A DNA stretch of 64,000 nucleotides. Origin: Desulfovibrio sp. UCD-KL4C. Its GTDB lineage: Bacteria > Desulfobacterota > Desulfovibrionia > Desulfovibrionales > Desulfovibrionaceae. Shown in pieces: positions 58,259 through 64,000 of the stretch. The position numbers and the translations under genes are program-made. The stretch is from the NCBI RefSeq assembly GCF_006210265.1, contig NZ_VCNC01000007.1, forward strand, positions 34,377 through 98,376. Direction: 5' to 3'. Under the pieces are notes generated by a model that was not told the DNA's origin, did no database searches, and saw only the letters and a list, made by a program, of their open reading frames with translations. The number at the start of each line of letters is the position of its first letter. Positions within the stretch are counted from its first letter, which is position 1.

Positions 58259-58687
58259 TTACTTGTATTTTGCTTCGTAATTATTGTCTTTTTCATCGAT
58301 AAAAGCAGTACACTGAGTGGTGATCTTATCCTTAAAATGTCTTTTCGTAATGCGAGCCTGACATTTTGAACATTTGAAGGAAACAAGTCCACCAAGATTA
58401 GCAGAGACAAGTCTGAACTTGCGAGGGTCATCGATTTCCCAGTTTTCTGTTGTGTTTTCGCAAAGCTCACAAGTTACGTCTGTATCAATAGGGTAGGGGA
58501 AATCCCAATATTCTTTAAGTTGTCTCCACGCGCGGGTGGGCTCAGGACGTTCCTCTGGTTCCGCTTTTGAAAGAAATTGGGAGACGTGGGGTTTTACTTT
58601 CGTCCACAGCTCCGCTGTGATTAGTGCCCCGATGAGGTTACCTTTTTTATCAAAAAGTTCTGTAAGATCATTATCGTGATTAGACAT
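58259..58687 (-). CDS. hypothetical Zn-ribbon protein located between parA and parB
   Basis: Start set to ATG 58687 (strong GGAGG RBS), 142 aa. Two CxxC pairs (CELCENT ... CSKCQAR). No family recognised. Confidence 0.65.
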   Translation of the reverse strand: MSNHDNDLTELFDKKGNLIGALITAELWTKVKPHVSQFLSKAEPEERPEPTRAWRQLKEYWDFPYPIDTDVTCELCENTTENWEIDDPRKFRLVSANLGGLVSFKCSKCQARITKRHFKDKITTQCTAFIDEKDNNYEAKYK

Positions 58688-58819
58688 GTCGCCTCCGACG
58701 TTTTTTATATGTAACATTGTTAAACGCTACTTTAATCACGCTTTCGATCAAGTCAAAGGAAATAATAGATAGATATTTTTCTTAGCCGATCGTAATTTTA
58801 TAAAAAGAAGGAGAAGTCC

Positions 58820-59731
58820 ATGGCAGGCGTAACTGGAGGGCTCGGAAGGGGGCTTGACGCACTACTTGGCGGTACAAAAATTAATGATCAGGAATCTTCC
58901 ACGTCGCTAGATGTCCGGCAGATAGACATAGACACGATTATTGCAAATCCAAATCAGCCACGCAAAGAATTTGCTCCAGAAGCATTAAATGATTTGGCAG
59001 AATCTATAAAAGCTAAAGGTGTCTTGCAACCTATACTTGTTCGGCCGATTGCAGAGCGGAAAGGATTTTATGAGCTGGTAGCCGGAGAACGTCGGTTAAG
59101 AGCTTCTAAGCTGGCAGGGCTGAAAACAATGCCTGTGCTTGTAAAAGAAATGACAGATCTTGAAAGTATGGCGATTGCATTGATTGAGAATTTGCAACGC
59201 GAAGATTTGAACCCTATTGAAGAAGCAAAAGGGTTTCAAGAGTTGATCACAAAGTTCGGCCTCAGTCAGGAACAGCTTGCTGGGCAGGTTGGTAAAAGTC
59301 GCTCTGCTCTATCAAATTCTATGAGGCTCTTATCCCTTGCAGAACCAATTCAAAATGCAATTGGGAAGGGTGAAATCTCTGCAGGCCATGGACGGGCTTT
59401 AATGTCTATTGCAGATGAAGATGTCCGCTTAGAATTGTTTGCAAAGGTGGCTTCAGATGGATTGTCTGTAAGGCAGGCTGAAAGTTTTGCTTTGCATTTT
59501 AAAAAGCACGGTTCCTTGCCCGCGGGTGATGTTGAGGTCGTTAAATCGACTGACCGTAAAAATAAAACTCCTAAGCAAATGGATGAAGAGCTTAAAACTG
59601 TGAAAGTTCGTTTGGAAGACTCTTTGGGAGTAAAAGTGTCACTTCGTGGATCAAATAATAAAGGAAATCTAACGATAAAATACACTTCAGAGCAAGAGCT
59701 TGCCCGTATAGTTGCTCTACTTGAAATGTAA
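58820..59731 (+). CDS. parB: chromosome partitioning protein ParB (Spo0J)
   Basis: 303 aa. ParB-box GERRLRAS, HTH region LSQEQLAGQVGKSRSALSNSMRLL. Has its own GAAGGAGAAG RBS. Confidence 0.93.
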   Translation: MAGVTGGLGRGLDALLGGTKINDQESSTSLDVRQIDIDTIIANPNQPRKEFAPEALNDLAESIKAKGVLQPILVRPIAERKGFYELVAGERRLRASKLAGLKTMPVLVKEMTDLESMAIALIENLQREDLNPIEEAKGFQELITKFGLSQEQLAGQVGKSRSALSNSMRLLSLAEPIQNAIGKGEISAGHGRALMSIADEDVRLELFAKVASDGLSVRQAESFALHFKKHGSLPAGDVEVVKSTDRKNKTPKQMDEELKTVKVRLEDSLGVKVSLRGSNNKGNLTIKYTSEQELARIVALLEM

Positions 59732-59775
59732 TTTTAAGCCACATTCAGATTAATATAGAAGGATATTTTTAAGAT

Positions 59776-60786
59776 ATGGTTAAATCAATTTTGAGCGCAT
59801 TGCCTAAACTGAAAGGGCAAAAAGTACTGATCATCGGCGATGTTATGCTTGATCATTATGTAATCGGAGCCGTAGAGCGTATTTCCCCTGAAGCCCCTGT
59901 TCCGGTTGTTCAGGTCACAGAGGAAAAATACCTTCTCGGAGGAGCAGGTAACGTTGCCAGAAATATTGTCGCGCTTGGCGGGGTTCCTCATTTGACCGGA
60001 TTTATCGGTGCTGACTCAGAAGGGCAGATCTTTGATAAACTTTGCACAGGTTCTGGCATTCCATGTAGTCTGTTTGAATCTACTGATCGTCCTACCACCA
60101 AAAAAACTCGCGTAATGGCACAGAATCAACAAATGGTAAGAGTTGATAGAGAGAAAACTAATGAATATTCCGTCTCTCATATGGATAAACTTTTCACCTT
60201 TTTAAATAGTGAAATTTGTGAATATAGTGTTGTCATTTTGTCTGACTACGGAAAGGGGACCTTGTCTCAAACTTTTTTTGACAGGTTTTGGGCGTTGCTA
60301 GAAAAAATAAATCATAACCCGCATGTGCTGGTTGATCCTAAAACTGTTAACTATGATCACTACAAAGGCGTAAATCTGCTTACTCCGAATGCCAAGGAAG
60401 CTGGCGAAGGCGCAGGAATGGTGATTAAGAGCAAAGAAGATGTTCTTGAGGCTGGCAGGAGATTGTTTGATCGCCTTGATCCCACTCATCTGCTCATCAC
60501 TCTTGGTGGTTATGGTATGGCTCTTTTTGAATCACGTAATGTTGTTAAACATGTGCCGACTTTTGCGCAAAAAGTTTTTGACGTAACTGGCGCTGGTGAC
60601 ACCGTTATAGCCACTTTGGGACTCGGACTTGCTTCTGGGCTTGATCCACTAACTTCCGCGTTGCTTGCTAATTATGCCGCAGGAATTGTTGTCGGGCAGG
60701 TTGGAGCAGCAACTGCGACAGTTGATGAGCTTGCAGACGCTGTTCGTAACTGGTCTAAACCGGAAGTAAACAGCTGGAGTGACTAG
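59776..60786 (+). CDS. D-glycero-beta-D-manno-heptose-7-phosphate kinase (RfaE domain I only, PfkB family)
   Basis: 336 aa. VLIIGDVMLDHY...ERISPEAPVPVV and DVTGAGDTV motifs. There is no fused adenylyltransferase domain. Confidence 0.85.
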   Translation: MVKSILSALPKLKGQKVLIIGDVMLDHYVIGAVERISPEAPVPVVQVTEEKYLLGGAGNVARNIVALGGVPHLTGFIGADSEGQIFDKLCTGSGIPCSLFESTDRPTTKKTRVMAQNQQMVRVDREKTNEYSVSHMDKLFTFLNSEICEYSVVILSDYGKGTLSQTFFDRFWALLEKINHNPHVLVDPKTVNYDHYKGVNLLTPNAKEAGEGAGMVIKSKEDVLEAGRRLFDRLDPTHLLITLGGYGMALFESRNVVKHVPTFAQKVFDVTGAGDTVIATLGLGLASGLDPLTSALLANYAAGIVVGQVGAATATVDELADAVRNWSKPEVNSWSD

Positions 60787-60830
60787 TAAATTAGTAATTT
60801 AAATTGAAGTATTATATAGTATAAACTTGT

Positions 60831-62159
60831 ATGATCTGGCAGTGCTCTGCATATAGCTATTCGAGTGCTGTTGAGGTGGAAATAAGTGTGGAAAGAGTTT
60901 TGACGAACCAAGCAGCTAGATTAAAAAAGCTTATTAAGGCTAATGAAGTGCTAGCGAGTATTGATTCGCTGGTAGATTTACTGCCTCAGCTTTTAAGGTT
61001 GGCACAAGATGTTACCGGAGCTGAAGCCTCGTCTATAATGCTCTATAATAAAGATAAAAATGTCCTTGAATTTGCTTTAGCCATGAATGATATGCTTAGC
61101 GAAATCAAGATGGATATTTTGAAAAAACGCATTGAATTACCTCTTGGTAAGGGCATTGCAGGGTGGGTGGCTTTACGTAAAGAATCTTTAAATGTTGTTG
61201 ACGCACAAAATGATATTCGTTTTTCTCGTGCTGCTGATGAAAAAACGGGCTTTGAAACACGTTGTATGTTATGTGTACCTATAATTCATAAGAATGAATT
61301 GTTAGGTGTTGTTCAGGTTTTAAATTCAAGTGCTAAAGATTGTTTCGATACTGAAGATCAGGAACTTCTTGAAAGTTTCGGTCACTTGGCAGGGGTTGCT
61401 CTTGTTCGTTCTGAACTGATGAATCAAAGGCTTCATCAGCAAAAGTTTGAAACACAGCTTGCGGCAGCGTCAAGGATTCAAAAACAATTTAGTCCAAAGA
61501 ATCCGAAACTCTCTGGTGGAAATCATATCTGGGGAAATTCCGTTCCAGCTCATTTTGTGGGTGGAGACTTGTATGATTTTATACCAAATTCAGACGGAAG
61601 CTGGTATGTTTATGTTGCGGACGTTTCAGGAAAAGGTCTGCCAGCTGCACTTATTATGTCTGCCCTGTGGACTAGAATCAGAGCCATTGCAGCAAAAGAG
61701 CTACAGCCTGATGACATGATGATGGAAGTTAATAATGCTGCTTTTGAGTTTATGAGCGGTGAAATATTTGCAACGATGGTGCTTATCCGTTTTTATCCTG
61801 AAAATGGGAAATGCAGTTATTGCGTTGCAGGGCATCCTGCGCCGTTACTCGTTACTGGAGGAGAAGTTCAGGAACTTGAAAGGCCACTAGGGCTTCCAGT
61901 CGGTATTTTAGGTAAAGAAAAGTATGGCATAGCTAATATATATCTTAAAGAAGGGCAGTCATTTGTTGTTGTCACGGACGGAGTTAATGAAGCCCGTAAT
62001 AAAGAGAAAGAATTTTTTGGAACAGATAGACTCGAAGAAAGTTTGAAAAAAGCAGAAGAATTTCCACTCGGAGAAGCTTTAATTAAGGCTGTTTCCAAAT
62101 GGAGAGGGAAAACCCCACCGAATGATGATACAACTGTAATTGAAATATATAAATCTTGA
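60831..62159 (+). CDS. GAF-domain sensor fused to PP2C-type (SpoIIE/RsbU-like) serine phosphatase
   Basis: 442 aa. GAF region (...GIAGWVALRKESLNVVDAQND...LLGVVQVLN) followed by PP2C motifs (VGGDLYDF, YVADVSGKGLPAAL, VTDGVNEA, NDDTTVIE). The exact start is uncertain. Confidence 0.85.
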   Translation: MIWQCSAYSYSSAVEVEISVERVLTNQAARLKKLIKANEVLASIDSLVDLLPQLLRLAQDVTGAEASSIMLYNKDKNVLEFALAMNDMLSEIKMDILKKRIELPLGKGIAGWVALRKESLNVVDAQNDIRFSRAADEKTGFETRCMLCVPIIHKNELLGVVQVLNSSAKDCFDTEDQELLESFGHLAGVALVRSELMNQRLHQQKFETQLAAASRIQKQFSPKNPKLSGGNHIWGNSVPAHFVGGDLYDFIPNSDGSWYVYVADVSGKGLPAALIMSALWTRIRAIAAKELQPDDMMMEVNNAAFEFMSGEIFATMVLIRFYPENGKCSYCVAGHPAPLLVTGGEVQELERPLGLPVGILGKEKYGIANIYLKEGQSFVVVTDGVNEARNKEKEFFGTDRLEESLKKAEEFPLGEALIKAVSKWRGKTPPNDDTTVIEIYKS

Positions 62160-62186
62160 AAACAGGATTTTGGTAAGGAGAAGTTT

Positions 62187-62492
62187 ATGAGTTTTGGCTG
62201 GAAGCTAGATGTTAGTACCGAAGAAGCTCTAATTAAAATCAGTGGTGAAATTGATTTTACGGGAACTCCTGCGCTTCGTGAAGAGTTGCATAAATGTATC
62301 GAAACCACAAAAGGTGATCTTAAGATTGATCTCTCTGATCTTGAATATTTAGACAGTTCCGGCCTTGCCTCTCTAATTGAATTTAGCAGACTCCTTACAA
62401 AGATAGATAGATCTGTCACAATAATTTCTGCCTCAGAACAGGTTGATAAACTTCTCCATCTTACACAGGTGAAAAGTTTGTTCGGTATGTAA
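62187..62492 (+). CDS. STAS-domain protein (SpoIIAA/RsbV-like, or MlaB-like)
   Basis: 101 aa. The LEYLDSSGLASLIEF motif carries the Ser that is phosphorylated in anti-sigma-factor antagonists. Confidence 0.8.
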   Translation: MSFGWKLDVSTEEALIKISGEIDFTGTPALREELHKCIETTKGDLKIDLSDLEYLDSSGLASLIEFSRLLTKIDRSVTIISASEQVDKLLHLTQVKSLFGM

Positions 62493-62511
62493 TAGAAAAG
62501 GGAGCCGTTGC

Positions 62512-63261
62512 ATGAAAGATTTACAGGTGCTGGCATGGATGATTTCCCGCCTTTTGGGAAGCCTGCGCCTTAAATTAGGTTCGAAAAAAACTTTTTATCG
62601 TCAAAGGCTTTATAAAGACCTTGCAAGTGTCGGTGCTGACTCTATCCCTATAGTCAGCGTCATCGCTGGTTGCACAGGTATAATTCTCGCCTTACAGTCC
62701 GCTCAGCAGCTTGAAAAGGTCGGTGCTGTCAGCTATGTAGCCAGCCTTGTCGGCCTTACAATTATCAATGAACTTGGTCCTCTTCTAACCGCGATTATCA
62801 TCACCGGACGCTCAGGCGCAGCTTTTACTGCTGAAATTGCAACCATGCAAATTTCGGAAGAGATTGATGCCCTTGAGGTCATGGGTATTGAGCCTGTCCG
62901 CTTTCTTGTCGTTCCCAAAATGATCGCCATGCTCATCATGGTTCCCTGTCTTACCGTCTGGGCTGATTTTGTCGGAATAGTTTCAGGGGGGCTTTTTTCA
63001 TCTGTAGCTTTAGGTATTAACGAAGTTACATATTTCAATAACACAGTTGAATTTTTAAAGTTGAACGCCGTTTTTGCCGGACTTGTAAAAAGTGGCGGTT
63101 TTGCAGTTGCGATCACTGTGATTGGGTGCTGGCAGGGATTTCTTGCTCGTGAAGGCGCGGCGGATGTTGGTCGCAAAACTACAAATTCTGTTGTTATCTC
63201 AATATTTATGATTATTTTATTGGATCTATTTTTTACAACACTGAATTTTCTTTTCCGCTAA
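62512..63261 (+). CDS. mlaE: MlaE-family ABC transporter permease
   Basis: 249 aa. Conserved ELGPLLTAIIITGRSGAAFTAEIATMQISEEIDALEVMGI. Confidence 0.85.
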   Translation: MKDLQVLAWMISRLLGSLRLKLGSKKTFYRQRLYKDLASVGADSIPIVSVIAGCTGIILALQSAQQLEKVGAVSYVASLVGLTIINELGPLLTAIIITGRSGAAFTAEIATMQISEEIDALEVMGIEPVRFLVVPKMIAMLIMVPCLTVWADFVGIVSGGLFSSVALGINEVTYFNNTVEFLKLNAVFAGLVKSGGFAVAITVIGCWQGFLAREGAADVGRKTTNSVVISIFMIILLDLFFTTLNFLFR

Positions 63262-64000
63262 ATGATCATGAAAGTATCAAGACTTGCACAAGATATAACG
63301 TTAAAAGAGCTTAGCCTCGGGTATCCTGGTAAAGTCCTTATGGAGAATCTTAGCGCGGTGCTTCCGTCAGGAAAGGTCAGTGTTATTCTTGGCGGGTCTG
63401 GGTGTGGAAAGTCTACATTGCTAAGGCATATTCTAGGATTGAATATTCCTGTTTCAGGTGAAATCTATCTTGGGGATACTAATCTTACTGAGCTTAAGGA
63501 TGAAGATGAATTAAGACTTATCCGAACACGCATGGGGGTGTTGTTTCAGGATGGAGCCATGCTTGGTTCACTCACTCTGGGGGAAAATGTTGCTCTGCCG
63601 CTACAGGAGCATACGGAGCTTCCTGATGTAATTATTGAGGAAGTCGTGCAGATGAAACTTAGGATGGTCGGTCTTGGTGAGTTTACTCATTATTACCCCA
63701 ACCAGCTTTCAGGTGGTATGAGAAAGCGGGCAGGGCTTGCGCGTGCAATGGTCATGGACCCGACGACTTTGCTTTGCGATGAACCTTCATCAGGTCTTGA
63801 TCCAATTACAGCCGCTGATCTTGATCAGTTGATCTTGAAACTTAAAGAGACATTTAACGTTACTATAGTCGTTGTCACGCATGATCTGGACAGTCTTTTT
63901 AACATTGCTGACTATGTTGTGGTTCTGCATCAAAGTAGATGTTTGTATCAAGGTGATCTGGATGGGCTTAGGGATTCAAAAGATGAATACCTGATAGATT
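63262..64000 (+). CDS. mlaF: MlaF-family ABC transporter ATP-binding protein; 3' end runs off the window
   Basis: Not in the ORF track. Manual translation from ATG 63262: MIMKVSRLAQDITLKELSLGYPGKVL... Walker A GGSGCGKST, signature LSGGMRKRAGLARA, Walker B LLCDEPSSGLDP. The start abuts the mlaE stop. Confidence 0.85.
   Translation, partial: MIMKVSRLAQDITLKELSLGYPGKVLMENLSAVLPSGKVSVILGGSGCGKSTLLRHILGLNIPVSGEIYLGDTNLTELKDEDELRLIRTRMGVLFQDGAMLGSLTLGENVALPLQEHTELPDVIIEEVVQMKLRMVGLGEFTHYYPNQLSGGMRKRAGLARAMVMDPTTLLCDEPSSGLDPITAADLDQLILKLKETFNVTIVVVTHDLDSLFNIADYVVVLHQSRCLYQGDLDGLRDSKDEYLID

Noticed and set aside
61868-62536. 222-aa minus-strand ORF spanning the PP2C 3' end, the STAS gene and the mlaE start
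   Set aside because: It is Ser/Leu-rich low-complexity sequence. It crosses two intergenic gaps of three well-supported plus-strand genes, so it is a shadow frame.

Overview
This is a 64-kb, origin-proximal and mostly housekeeping chromosomal segment. Gene content suggests a motile anaerobe of the Desulfovibrionaceae type: a DUF39-type homocysteine-synthesis gene, a four-subunit 2-oxoacid:ferredoxin oxidoreductase, a sigma54-dependent two-component pair, flagellar stator/export genes, and moderately AT-rich DNA. That taxon call is inference only. The window opens with dnaN-dnaA on the minus strand (1-2522). A perfect parS site followed by parA and parB lies at 57.3-59.7 kb. Between them, in order: ilvD, ftsEX, an aminotransferase, pgi, a histidine kinase/NtrC-type regulator pair, glnA, hisGI and fur. 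Then comes a more accessory-looking stretch (AraC regulator, two EamA transporters, nhaA, a DUF3431-like gene, TetR + RND efflux pair). After that: topA, era, yggS, a motA-motB-motB'-fliL-fliN-fliO-fliP-fliQ block, rlmB, a LysM lytic transglycosylase, aroE, the oxidoreductase operon, queA, coaBC, nfeD/SPFH, a sugar epimerase, a heptose kinase, and a GAF-PP2C/STAS/MlaE/MlaF block that runs off the right edge. I found no rRNA, tRNA, CRISPR array, transposase/integrase, prophage or recognisable defence island. I do not see a clear-cut novel multi-gene system. The best follow-up candidates are: (i) the parA/parB pair split by a terminator and an opposite-strand Zn-ribbon gene; (ii) the tightly packed sensor-phosphatase/STAS/Mla transporter block; (iii) a soluble protein combining FliG_C-like and MotA-loop-like segments; (iv) two paralogous MerR-type-HTH + coiled-coil proteins; (v) a FliN with a four-fold acidic repeat in a cluster lacking fliM. 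Family assignments come from motifs I recognise in the translations and no database was searched. The supplied ORF track uses alternative start codons, so I re-set several starts from RBS/ATG context.
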